Source of the DNA: the human T2T-CHM13v2.0 reference genome, Homo sapiens
Reading direction: 5' to 3' (one strand)
Assembly: GCF_009914755.1 (NCBI RefSeq)
Contig: NC_060930.1
DNA length: 64,000 bases
Of this stretch, positions 1 to 11,830 are shown piece after piece. The notes under the pieces were generated by a model that searched no databases, had not been told where the DNA came from, and saw nothing but the letters and a program-made list of their open reading frames with translations. The position numbers and the translations under genes are program-made. The stretch's first letter is position 1. Every line of letters starts with the position of its first letter.

Positions 1-305
1 AGTATTTAAAGGGGAAAAGTGGAGGCGAAGAGGGAGGGTATGGTCACAATGCATAATCCATGCATTGCAGGAGAAAAGGAGCAGGTAGGGGAATAGTCAG
101 TGATGTATTCATCTCAGTAAATCGGCACTTTACATAAAAGGTGAACCTAGCGTAGCTATCTGTGGAGATATCTGGCCTTTCATCTGTTAGCTATTCGCTT
201 AGCAACAGAAGGAAAAGGCTGTTTCTTGCATGACTTAGCTTCCATCTTAATTTTTTCCTTTTTGCATAGTGAATTGGGGGCCTGAAATTTCCTTTGCCTT
301 TCACA
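1..305 (-). mobile_element. MER4-group ERV1 LTR, truncated by window edge
   Basis: Reverse complement begins TGTGAAAGG...CCCCCAATTCACTATGCAAAAAGGAAAAAATTAAG...GCTAAGTCATGCAAGAAAC, the MER4-type LTR 5' end. Confidence 0.7.
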
Positions 306-589
306 CACTGAAACTACATGACTGGGATTTCCCTCCCTCCACAGTCCTACGTTGCTTTCTGACTACCCTTTCCCCTGCAAGGATCATAATATAAAAGTGT
401 TAGGAGGCGGGAGTGAAAGAGATTTTTTTCATTCCTGGTTTCTGTTATCCACTATGCCTTGACCTTCGCTCTGTCCATATGATCAAATTACTTCCTGAAC
501 CTAGACCGTTGGGCGCGTCATCCGCGGGACTGACTGCCTCCCGCCGGCTTCCTGAGGCCGGACCGCAGCGGGGACGCCTCCTCTCAGGC

Positions 590-603
590 CCAGCAGGGGG
601 CGC
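590..603 (+). promoter_or_regulatory. CTCF core motif in a CpG-rich patch (~500-660)
   Basis: CCAGCAGGGGGCGC matches the consensus CCASYAGRKGGCRS exactly; local CpGs retained. Confidence 0.75.
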
Positions 604-3600
604 GCGAGCCTCAGGAGACGCCAGCGGTGGTTGCGGAGCTGCGGTGCTGGAGGCCAGCTGTCACTCCAACCCAGCTGGAGATTCCTGTCGGGAATGCTTG
701 GCATAGGACAACTGTGAGGGAGCCCCTGGGGCATGGGAAAACCCTCACAGTTCCAGAAAAAAACAGAAAACGGGTGCACAGTTTTTCTCGGTTAATCAAA
801 GTCAAATTCCTCTTCCCACAACTGCTGGGGTGCCGGCTGGCTGGCAGGATGGAAGACCCAGGATGGTAAAAATCAAAATCCGAAAAAGGCAGGGCCCAAA
901 GTCATTCCTAGGTTTTGCGGTTTAATGTCATCGGAAGTGGGCCGTGACAGCAATCTGCCCACCACTTGCCCAGTCAGGTCCTCTTGCCTTTCATGCTGAG
1001 AATAAAGCCATTTTTTTCCCCCCAGGCTTCTGGGTTTGTTGTGTTTGGGCTTCAATAGTCACCGGCATCCTTCACTTGGCTCTGCATGAGAGAATAAAAA
1101 CCCTGCAGTGGGAACAGGCTCATGTATCTCCTAACCATGCCCCATGTGTGCAGAGGGACCTGTCATGGACACTGGTGGCCTTTCAACTTCATTTCAAAGT
1201 TTACAGGTAAAAGGGGAAAAATGGGTGTGTATAAAATCATTTAAGAATAGACAGGACGGCTGTGTCTGAATCGTAGGACACCACGACCAAGGCCCCCACG
1301 CCCACCGCTAACACATAGAGATGATATTTGGAGATAAGAACTGGTCTGGCACAGAGCGGGCTTCGGGAGTTGGCCCATCTCCCCTCTTTTCTTCTTCTGT
1401 CCACTCCACATTCACTAACAGTGGGAAACTTGGTTTCCGTCTAGAATGTGCTAGAGGATAAATAGAGCCCTCACATCCTTTATATTCATCTATAGGACAT
1501 GAGGGCTCTATTTTCAGCTGTCAATGAAAATTTTGAGTCATCCTCACACAAATGTTGGAACAGGCATCTGTTTATTTGCTAGACATTTGGTTCTGAAAAC
1601 TTTACTTCAAGGACCCTTGTTTAAACCTTCTATAACATGCTGGATCTTTGCACACGGCTTGGGAGTGTGGATGAGGTGAGGGAAACCATCAGCCCTGACA
1701 GCCAGTTGAGTTCAGCGGCGAGCTGCCGGCCTCCCCCATGCCTGGAAGATAGAAAGGATCGTTCGCTGTTTGGAGAGTGGAGGGGCATTCTGGGTGACAT
1801 GCAGAAGCCTGAGCAGCAGCAGCACCACATTGCAAGAAGGCAGACAATTACTACAAAGACAGCTCACGGGATCTCATTAGATATTTCCTTGTTATGGAAT
1901 GGAAAGGAAGCATAGCTGCGTGCTGGCATACATGATGTGATTTTAAATCCCAAGTCATAATTTTAGAAACCAACAGAACCTAATATTAAAGCTAAACTAC
2001 CGTCCTCTTGAAATGATGAGACACCATTCCCGTTGCCCTTTTAAAAACACAATCAAAAGGTATGTTCCCTGTAAGTTCCACCTTCATTTTGAACACTTGA
2101 AGAATCAGGCTTTTACTGGCCTGGGTCACTGGGTTTTCTCTTTGGGATGAGGACTTATTTGACTTCACCATCACATGGCACAAAATAAATGCATTCCGCC
2201 TACCTGGCATTTCTAGGACCACCTATTTCTTTTTGTCTTCAAATGATTGTGACTTCCTGCTTCATTCACCTCAATAACTCACCCACACCTCCTTTCTATA
2301 TTTGCTAATTGCTGTAATCTTTCTCATCTCCATGTAACTTTTTTTTTTTTTTCTGAAGCATTCCAACATGGGTCTCTTTGAAATTTTCTGTACAAACCAC
2401 AAAAGGCCGTGACTTCCCACAGTCTTTCTTAATTTCTGGCCTTAGCAACCTACATCCTGAAAACCCCACAGACATTTATTTAACCATTTCCCCATGCAAA
2501 CAATAAGAAATGGGGGAGGAGGATGGCAGACATCTGGCTTACTCAGGAGATGATGTGTTAGTCTGGACCTAGAATATTCCCAGAGAATATTCCTGTAATC
2601 TGTATTAACTGCTCATTTGTGAATGTTCTAACCTCACAGACTCTGACGCATTAGGACAAAGCCCTTTGCAAGAAACGGACTTAATGGAAAGCTCCTAATG
2701 CAAGAAAGTTTAGGCCCAGGGAATGGTCTTTATACACTGAGAGATGTTAGGAACACAGGGAAGCACTGGGCACCTTACGAACAAAGTAGATCGCACAACT
2801 TAATGTGCCTTCATTCTCAGAAATCTGCTACTAATAGCCTTGTAATCATTGCTGATTGAGAGATGGCAACCTCAGGGCCGAGTGAGGCTCCTGCATTCAT
2901 AAAATTCTCAGCTTCATAACTGCTCTTCTACAATTTTGAATTCTACTGTTGATTTTAGGATTTTCTTGGGAAAGGGTAGTGGCTGGGCTAATGTGTATTG
3001 CAGTGCGCAGAAAACCAACAAGTGTTTCTCCAATTATTTGCTTTCATAGCTTTTCTGGAATTTGGACCCAGTGCTGTGGCTTGAAAGGGTGAAGCACATG
3101 CATGCATGTATGTGCACATGTGTGCATGTGTGTATTTGTGTGTGTTGGGGATAAGGAAACATGCCCCGGTTAACGAATGGAGCAGTGGGCCAGATCCACA
3201 TCCTGTGTAACTCCCACAGGCTCCTGCTATAATGAAAGTTCCCTTCACAGGGTTGAACACAGTAATTCCCCAAGGGATCCTGGCTGAAGTGGGTGGAAGT
3301 TCAGCGTTTCTTGTCCCACTGAATTTTTGAACATGACAACCACATCCTGCTCCTGATACTGTGTGCTTTCCTTGATTGATCATGTCAAGATAGCCCTGCT
3401 AGCATTGTGCTCCAAGCCTGGCTCGATTCTTCTTGATATAACTCCAGGAACCAAATCAGTCAACGGCCTTCTTTCTCTAATTCTAATTCAAGGGATTTCC
3501 CTCAACCCAACCTCTGTCTCCATCTTCTTAGTACCAAGCTCTGCCCAAAGTTGATCATTCCTGAAGAACATGGCATGCACTTATAGCACAGCAATGATTT

Positions 3601-4010
3601 CCTTTAGGGACGTTCAGTAATGCACCATTCATTTGGGACTGGGATGTGACAATTCTCAGGCAAATGTGGGAGTAGATGTCTATGTCATTTGTGAATATGT
3701 AGAAATAAAGAGTTCATTTACATTAACTGTCCCACCTCTGTCCCATACCTCTCCTTCCCCATGAAGAAAAGAGAGGCAGAAGTAGAATTTAAGTAGAATT
3801 TAAAACTAAAAATAAAAAGAAGATATTTTAAAGAGTTAAAATATTAAAAGAAAACTCCTTTGAACCTCAATAAAGAAATGGCTGTTGAATCTCAGCCTCT
3901 TTTGCCGCATCTTCCTAACAACTGGACCCATTTATGTTGCCACACGGCCCACACATCCTGAGTAGCCCCACAACTCTATTTTTGTCTCATTCTCCTTTTG
4001 GGATCGGACT

Positions 4011-4016
4011 TTTATT
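4011..4016 (-). terminator. Distal polyadenylation signal AATAAA
   Basis: tttatt on + strand, followed on the minus strand by GU-containing sequence. Confidence 0.75.
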
Positions 4017-5029
4017 TGCAATGTAGCGTTGCTGTATCAATAGTACATGGTTAACTCTAATATGCGTGCAATTTTCATAAATATTTATATTTTTTAATGA
4101 AATACACACCAAAAAAAAGCACACATGCAGATAATTCACAAACAATCAAATCCTTGGGAAAGGCTCTGCCATTTGTTCAACAAGGTCAAGTGTCATTAGG
4201 AGCACAGAACAACCGAATGTAAAATTTCTTTCCAGGAGCTTTCCACGTGGTTGGAATAAACACAATTTAGACCATGCAAAACTCTTAATGTATATTGGTC
4301 TGGGAACTTAAAGATGGAAACAGAGAATACATAGGGAGCTATGCAACACACCAAGGGCCAGTATCCACAATAATAATAACAGTGACAACAGCAATAATAA
4401 TATACAATGCTATAAGATTATTAAAATCTATTCTATAATGCACAGAGAAGTACCTGCTTGAAGCCATTAAATATATGACAGGGTCTGTCTTCAGTGCAAC
4501 ATATCAAATTTGGCAATTGAAGGGTATATCAAATATATATTTTTTGCTTTCAAAATGTGGAACAAACTAAAATATAAGGCTTTTCTGATAAACTATAAAA
4601 ATTTAATCAGCACTTGGATCTAATGACATATCTTTATAATACTTCCTCTGCAGATACATTCACTTAGTTCAAACCTTAACATACAAAGTTAGTCTCAGGA
4701 GGATCATATTTCCTTCCATTCATTTCTTATAAATATTGTTATCCACTTGAAGTCGTTCTGATGAAGGAATTTCCTCCCTATTTTTTCAGCCTTTTTTTCC
4801 TCCTCTTAGCTAAGAAGACATCAGGAAGATACTGCCCAAAGTATTCATTCCCCATGACTTGCTTTCAGTTTCCATTTTTGAGCCATTAAAAAAAAATTCT
4901 CAATGTTGCACTGAGTGATTATATTAGATCATTAACATGGAAATCTTACAATATGGCCCTTAATGTTGTTTGTCTTTATTTGTTCCTATTTTCATCTTTC
5001 TCTTTTTCTTCTTTTTCCCTTTCTCCCTG

Positions 5030-5071
5030 TTTCCCTCCCTTCTTTCCTTCCTTCCTTCCTTCCTTCCTTCT
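5030..5071. repeat. (CCTT)n microsatellite within the 3'UTR
   Basis: ttccctcccttctttccttccttcc... array. Confidence 0.9.
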
Positions 5072-5297
5072 TAGAATTCACTGAAGTATTTCCTAGGTAG
5101 CCTTTTACTTACTACTTTAATCAAAGCTTATCTTTGTGCCCAATGTGTAAAAAGTGAAAATGTCTCTTCGAAATTCTATATTACAATATAGACAGAGAAG
5201 TTGGGCCTTGAGGGCTTGAGTTTCACTTAAATACTATACACATGTGGTATCACACAAGGGGGAGGGGGAGGGAACAAACAGAAACATAACAATTATT

Positions 5298-5303
5298 TTT
5301 ATT
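5298..5303 (-). terminator. Candidate proximal polyadenylation signal AATAAA
   Basis: Upstream TGTA and downstream GU/U-rich TTGTTATGTTTCTGTTTGTT on the minus strand. Confidence 0.5.
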
Positions 5304-5465
5304 CTGTCTTTACAAAAGAAAGCCTCTTCTCTATGAAAAAGTCTTTTTGGCATCTGCTCCCGGAAACCTGCCCCGAGAACACGTTCCCCATTGCTTTGCA
5401 AGCATCTCTTTTTAAAAGCACAGCCACTGTCCCCGGGAGGTCACGTAGGTTGGATTATCCTGTTC

Positions 5466-5545
5466 TTAGTTGAGCAACGAAGAAGCACTGGATGAGTTTT
5501 CCAGGGATGAGCTGGTTGCTTCTGGGGTGGAAACATTATACGTTC
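5466..5545 (-). CDS. ADGRF5: ADGRF5 terminal exon 21, coding part including TAA
   Basis: GTYNVSTPEATSSSLENSSSASSLLN*; tttttcag| acceptor. Confidence 0.96.
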
Positions 5546-7448
5546 CTGAAAAACAGAGCAGCAACTCAGCCTTGAAGACAAGCCATCATGAACTCTGGGG
5601 TGTGAACATCTCCTAAGGGACCCAGGGGAGCAGTGGTCCAGGTGCCAGGTAAGCTCGGCCATGCCTGGAAACCAACCCATACCTGCCCTCCTCCCAAGAC
5701 CCAGAAATGCCAGAAAACTAACAGAGCTGTCGTTCTCATGCATGCGTGGCAGCCAACAAGCAGTCACTACTTCACATCATACCAGCAGCCAGGTTTCTAC
5801 AGAGGACAGGAAGATCTCAAGGTGGAAAGCCCTGCACATGCCATCACATGCATGGTCTGGGAACATCTGCATGAGGGAATCTCCCTGGTCCTCTTGGGTT
5901 GTGGTGACTTGGGGAAGCTCTTGGGAGGGACCTAGAGGCTCTACTGAAGGTGGAGGTTTGTAAAGAGAGAAAAGGGAAAGGAAAGAGAAAATTATAGGGG
6001 GAGAAAAAGCAGGACCAGAAAAGAAGCAGGAGTCAGGAATGTCAACAGAACTGCTGAGAATCAGCGCAGCAAGGAAGGCAGCCTCGGAGCAACTGCACAG
6101 GCTTGTCTGCGGGGAGGTGGGGACTGTGCACAGGGAGTGGGCGGAGAGTGTGTGTCGGGCAAGAAAAGGGTTGAAGTGCCCACCCTACCATCAGATTGCT
6201 GAACTGCCACCGCTAACAAGGTTTCCGTCATGGCCTGGGGGGATCTTAGGGGCTGCTGACAACATAAACCAAAGTTACGGTGCTTATGGGGCCCCCAAAC
6301 ATGCCCAATTGGGACTTTCATAATCAGAAGTGAAGGTCCACCAGTTTCATAAGTAATTCATCAAATTGAAGCAGAAAAAAACCCAAGTCCTGTGGAGTTT
6401 TAACAGTTATAGGAATTCACAAAATTTGCTTGTATATGAAAAGCCTTCATCTGGAATATTGATGCATTTCTCAACTCTGCATTTGTGAGATCTGTTCAGT
6501 TCCAAAAAGCTAGAAGAAATCCTGGGGCTTATTTTCCTGTGAGGAAGGGATGATGGCATGGGGACAGGGGTTTCAATTTGCTAGAATAGCTGAGGTCTGT
6601 TGCCCAAAGTTATTAATTCCATTCATTTCATATCTCCAATGTAGAAATTTAACTGTGAATATTTTTTTTTCAGTGAGATACTGTGGCCTTTGCCAGTTGA
6701 ATCAATAATAGCAGGGTTGACTGAAGTATCAGCAGCACCACCACCACTACCACTATCGGCGTCATCACGAATGCCGAGTAATTACTATAATCCATGTACC
6801 ATACTAAGCACTTTATGTATATTTGCTTATTTAATTCTTACAACTCTATGAAGTCATAATTATTACCCTATTTTATAAATGAGGAAGTGAGTTCAGAGAG
6901 GTAATATTTCTAATAGAATAGCTAACTTGGGTGATCCCTTACGTAATGCATGCACAGTTCTATACGCTTCAATGTGTAACACAAGCACACTTTATAAAAA
7001 GAACAAAAAAGGAAAACAAACCTACATAGTGAGATCCTGTAGTAAGATTTTCTAAATGTATTCTTTGCTGCCCCATAACCCTGAAACATGACCTATCTAC
7101 TCTTATTTAACATAATTTGAGAAGAACTCTGTGTTTGACAAGGCCAGCAATTTACAGTTCTCATTTTGATGGATGATATTTTGACAGATAGCTCTCCAAA
7201 TCATTGTCTAGATTCTCCAAATCTTATTCTTTATGAGTTATTATAAGTTGCTTAGCAAAGGCAGCTGCCCTCTGTACCCACTTTTTGGTGATTTGTGAAA
7301 ATGTAAGTTCCTCTATTTAACCTCTACCCCAAAAGAGGACATTTCAGGTAAATGCCATGAGCGGGGTGAAAGAGTAGGGGTGTTGAGGCTCCCCATTTGA
7401 GCAAATGTGTTCTGGACAAGCAGGGAGAAACTAGAGGCCACTACTCAC

Positions 7449-7533
7449 CTGTTTTACCAAACAAATTGTTAAATCTCCTTGATATTGGAGAACTCATAGA
7501 AAACACAGGTGTGGATGAACCCAGGGATGTTGA
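7449..7533 (-). CDS. ADGRF5: ADGRF5 exon 20 (85 nt)
   Basis: STSLGSSTPVFSMSSPISRRFNNLFGKT; donor G|gtgagt. Confidence 0.95.
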
Positions 7534-8193
7534 CTAGAAGAGAGGAAAAAAAGGGACAATCACAAAGCAAATTTGTGGGACCAAAGCTGTTTCCATCTCT
7601 AGAAGGATTGATTTTCCACCCTCTAGTGGTCACTGCCGGAATCTCTAGTCCCACTCCCAGAGGTCACATTAAAATACTGGAATCTTATCATCTGTATTAG
7701 AAAAATAACTGTCAAATACAAGTTTTATTGTTTGTTAGGCTTCTAGCATTTTCTGACATGTGAAAGGCAGTCAGATATATCCAAGGGCAATAGTTGTGTT
7801 CCAAAATGAACTACAGAAAATTCTATCCATTATTATTCTTCAACTTGTTTTCTCTAATGCCTTGAATCCCCCCAGAAGATTGCTTCTCATTGAACGTTTG
7901 ATTTCAACCTTAAGTTTATATCATATATTATTTTAAAACCTATTTAAATATGTGGAGTAGCATCTCAATGACAGCTCTATGGCTCTATTTAATAGACAGA
8001 ATGACTTGAGAAGCAAAGACAATGGAATGATCTATGCCAAATACAGCTGTTGAGGGAGACAGGTTTGAGGATGCAATATATTTAGCCTAATTGATCAAAA
8101 TCCCAAAGAAAAAATTTAGTACTCTGTACTTCAGAATGCTAGTGGAATACATGATGTTATAAAATGAAAAGTCTCTGCAGAGAAAAGGTTTAC

Positions 8194-8253
8194 CTTTGAG
8201 TGCTGTGAAGACCATCTCGACAATGAAAACTTATTCAGCAAAGCTTCCTGTAC
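8194..8253 (-). CDS. ADGRF5: ADGRF5 exon 19 (60 nt), helix 8 and tail
   Basis: VQEALLNKFSLSRWSSQHSK; donor AAG|gtaaa. Confidence 0.95.
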
Positions 8254-8342
8254 CTGCATTGTTAAAAAGAAGCTATCGTAACTTCAACATGCCACAAGCA
8301 CTTCAGACTTTTCTAGAAACATGAAACTGTCATTGCTCTTAC

Positions 8343-8384
8343 CTTCAGATCCCAGAGGCATCCAAAGAGTAAAATGAATAATCC
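8343..8384 (-). CDS. ADGRF5: ADGRF5 exon 18 (42 nt), end of TM7
   Basis: GLFILLFGCLWDLK; donor AAG|gtaag. Confidence 0.95.
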
Positions 8385-9605
8385 CTGAGAAAAAAAAGAT
8401 TGAAAAGAAGTGCATTTTAATTATAGTCTATTGTCCAGCAAAGGAGGAAGTACTGTTAACCTGGTGTTAAATTTGTACTACTTCTTTTTCCTTCTGAGTT
8501 TATGGAATGAGTCCAGTACATGATACTGTTCAAAGAGAGGCATTTGGTCCACACCAAGGGACTCTAAATGTTATGATGTTAGGAAGATATTTTCTATTTT
8601 CCAATTTTCCTTTAGTTGAAAACTGGAGGTCCTGTTGGTTATGCTATTAATACACCTCTTGTGTCTACAATATTCTTTACATAGCTGTGATAAGAATCTG
8701 GGCTATGGGGTGGGATAACTAGTTCCTTCCAAATGAGGCATATCATGAAGGTCATTACATATGAACTACATAGCTTGGAGACACAGGCCCAGTAGCAGAA
8801 ATCAAGGTTCATATGTTCTTGGCACAAGCATCCTGAAAGCAGTATCTCGAGTGTGCCTCCAGCCTCTGCCTCTTCACAAGTTTACAGTGGCCTCAATCCT
8901 TGGGCAGGTTTTTTTCTATCCTTACCACCTCTCCATTGGGTGAAACAGAATTAATCACTTCCTTCCTTGTACTTTAAAGGCTTGCTATCTATACCTCTGT
9001 TATAGTTCTTCTAACAAACTGGCCTGCACTGTAGTTAGTTATGTGCTGCAGGAGAGCAAAGAAGATGTTTTTTCATTGTAGTATAATCAAGCAGATTGTC
9101 TGGCATTCACAGGACATTCATTCTCTGATTTTTGATGTTTCCAGAGAAGCTGCTATGTGGTACATAGGATTTATTTCATTCAGATGATTATTGAGAACCT
9201 ACTCTGTACCAAGGTCTCTATCAGGCATAGAGGTATAGTGATGAACAAGAAAGGGGCAATCCCTTGTCCTCACAAAGACAGGATTTTCATTTAGGAGATA
9301 ATAGACTACATCAAGATAATCTTAGACAAATGGGGATTTTCCTTTTACTAGTGTAATCAGTGTATTTAGCACAGACTGGCAAATGACACTAAATTATAAT
9401 GTAGGTGATAAAAAGCATGAGGTGCCATAGGATCAGAAGAATGTGTCCTTTCCATCTGATTGAGTTCTCATTATTACTGCTCTTTAGAGCTGAGGCTTCC
9501 TCTGGGCTGAAATCCTTCCCCATTCCTACTCTTGTTTGTGTTTCTATCATTAATTTGTCCTACAGGAATAAAATCTTCCTGAAAGCTCCGCACTGTAAAA
9601 CTCAC

Positions 9606-11000
9606 CTGGAAGACATTGAGGATGGCAAATATGATATGGAACACAAGGTTGGTCCCTGGGAACACAGTGGTGAGACCAAAACCCCAAGTGAGGCCCAAGA
9701 GTGGTGTGAGGACCCCAATGCTCTTGCTGATCTGAAACAGGCTGCTCTTCTCCTGCTTGCATGGCTTGTCTCCAATGGAAGGCCTCAGGATCTTGGTGAT
9801 GACCACAATAGTGATGGTTATGTTCACCACCACAATGATCAGTGCTGGGATGGCGAAAGCCAGCAGGGCCTTGGTGTCCTCCCAGTTGAGCCAACAGACA
9901 TTCTTCCTCGTATAGACTTCCCGGGGCTGGGTGGCTCCCAGCGTGATGACCGAGATGGCAAGTGGGCAGCCATAGCCAAGACAGAAGGCAATGGCTTTCT
10001 GAGTGGACCTGCTTGTTTCATGCAGAATGAAAACCAGGCGATAGAACAGCATGAGGCCCAGTGTCAGCATCCAGAAGAAGACGCTGAGGTAGAAGAAGTG
10101 GATGAAGAAGGTGGCAGCCACACAGGCTGTCTTGCAGAGTATGTAGCGATTGTCCTGGATGGCAGCGACCACAATGAACCAGGTGTTGGCGACCAGAAGG
10201 GAGGCAGCGATATTCACTATGCAGGTGTGGCGCATATAAGAAGTCCGATTCTTGGTCACCGATTTCCACACCACAGCTTCCACAACTAGACAGGCTGCCA
10301 AGCTCAAGATGGAAAAGCCCACCCCAACATAAGAAATAATATCCAGGAGTATTCCCAGGAGAGAACTAGGATCTGGGGAGTCAGGGGACATGAGGATGGA
10401 GAATGATGTTAGGTGGTCACAGATACAGGTGACATTGTCCCCATCACCTTCTTCAACATAGCACCCACTGCTGTCCCACCCCCCTGTGTTGTTGGCAAGC
10501 CTGAAGTTCCAGAAGACACACTTCGTTTCGCCGCCTGAAGGGCTATTGTTCTTAAAAGTCATTGAAATCCTGAATGGCATAGTCGTATTGTGGCTGACAG
10601 TGGTTGTCATCACTAAGCTCTCTGCAAAGTTATTTTCCTGGATATCCTGAGCAAGGATGGCTTGGAGAGTTGGGAAAGCCATGGTGACAATAGACGAATC
10701 CGACTGCAAGTTTTCTAGATAGCTCTTGTCAATGACCACATTGCCCCAGAGGTCAAAGTATGGGAAAACAAACCTCTGTTGATAGGTTTCTGGGTGGCTG
10801 GACTTGATTACCGTGCTGCTCATCTGCACATTAGTTTGGGAGAAGGACAAAGGAGGGCTATCTCCTGACTGTAATGCTTGGGAAAATCTTTCCACTGAAT
10901 GTAGTAGCTGTGAACTCTGATTGGTCCATTGCTGTTGTAAAACCTTCCAGGTGTTCAAGACGGGCTTGCCAAGGATGACATTAACCGTAGAGAGCACGTG
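9606..11000 (-). CDS. ADGRF5: ADGRF5 exon 17 (1395 nt): GAIN/GPS, Stachel peptide, TM1 to part of TM7
   Basis: GPS motif CVFW...GW...GC...TCICDHL|TSFSILM followed by secretin-like hydrophobic TM helices; tcag|CAC acceptor, CAG|gtgag donor. Confidence 0.98.
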
Positions 11001-11295
11001 CTGAAAGTGAAATGGTATGGGGTCAAACTAACCAAATTCTTTCAATCATAAAAAAGAAAAAAACAACATCTTCCTAGAAACTGATTGCATAAAGGTAAGA
11101 GGAAATGAGAAAACAAAAATGAGACATCACAGGCAGTGGGGATGTATGACCTTCTTATGGCAGAGTTTAGCAAAGGATGGGTCCCCAAGACTGAAAGATG
11201 CCAGTAAGCATTTAGCAATGGTGACAGTGAGAGTCACACCCACTACACATCCTACTCTCTAAGGCCAATTCAGCAGGCTGGCAGGGATATTTACT

Positions 11296-11505
11296 ATTTT
11301 ATTTTATTTTATTTTATTTTATTTTATTTTATTTTAAATCTTAAGCCTATATTTTTAGTAGAGATGGGGTTTCACCATGTTGGCCAGGCTGGTTTTGAAC
11401 TCCTGATCTCAGGTGATCCATCCGCCTCGGCCTCCCAAAGTGCCTGTAATCCCAGCTACTTGGGAGGCTGAAGCAGGAGAATTGCTTGGACCTGGGAAGT
11501 GGAGA
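11296..11505. mobile_element. Rearranged Alu: (TTTTA)n, minus-strand left arm, then plus-strand right-arm fragment
   Basis: ...ctcggcctcccaaagtg|cctgtaatcccagctacttgggaggctg... Confidence 0.85.
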
Positions 11506-11509
11506 TACA

Positions 11510-11830
11510 TCTTTCCTGCTGTCCACTGCTCTCCCCGCTGCAGTCCCCTTTCTCCTGAGCACATGTCTGGTTATAGCTCTGGCCTTCCAAGACTATAGCT
11601 CCTGCTGACTGGTCCCGCCTCTAAGTCTTCAGCTCTCACTGGGCTCTGCACTGTTTCCTCTTTTTCCTAGGGGGTGATAATGGCTTCTAAATGTTGCTGG
11701 TCTCTGAGTGCCTCATCACCCCTGGTTTATTTGTTTGTTTGTTAACCCTGTCTTTACCTCTGTAGGTATCCCTTCATTAAAGTCTCTTCATTTGAACTCT
11801 TGTAGGTGAATTCTTTATCCTCCCAGAACC
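11510..11830 (+). mobile_element. ERVL-type LTR fragment (LTR33/LTR16-like)
   Basis: ctaggggtgataatggctt...ttaaccctg...cccttcattaaagtctcttcatttgaac resembles this LTR 3' end. Confidence 0.5.

Larger units (their letters stand above)
3990..5465 (-). other. ADGRF5: ADGRF5 3'UTR (~1.48 kb)
   Basis: AT-rich stretch between the stop codon and the distal AATAAA; exact cleavage site inferred. Confidence 0.8.

Noticed and set aside
413-1210. Cluster of short ORFs in the GC-rich patch as a possible gene or processed pseudogene
   Set aside because: No recognisable protein, poly-A tail or TSD; overlapping frames are explained by GC content.
9405-10289. 294-aa + strand ORF
   Set aside because: Antisense shadow of the 7TM exon, in codon register with it. 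TM codon usage suppresses antisense stops, the start is GTG, and no domain is recognisable.
5466-11000. Possibility that this is a duplicated ADGRF5 pseudogene
   Set aside because: All 20 coding exons are present with intact frame and splice sites.
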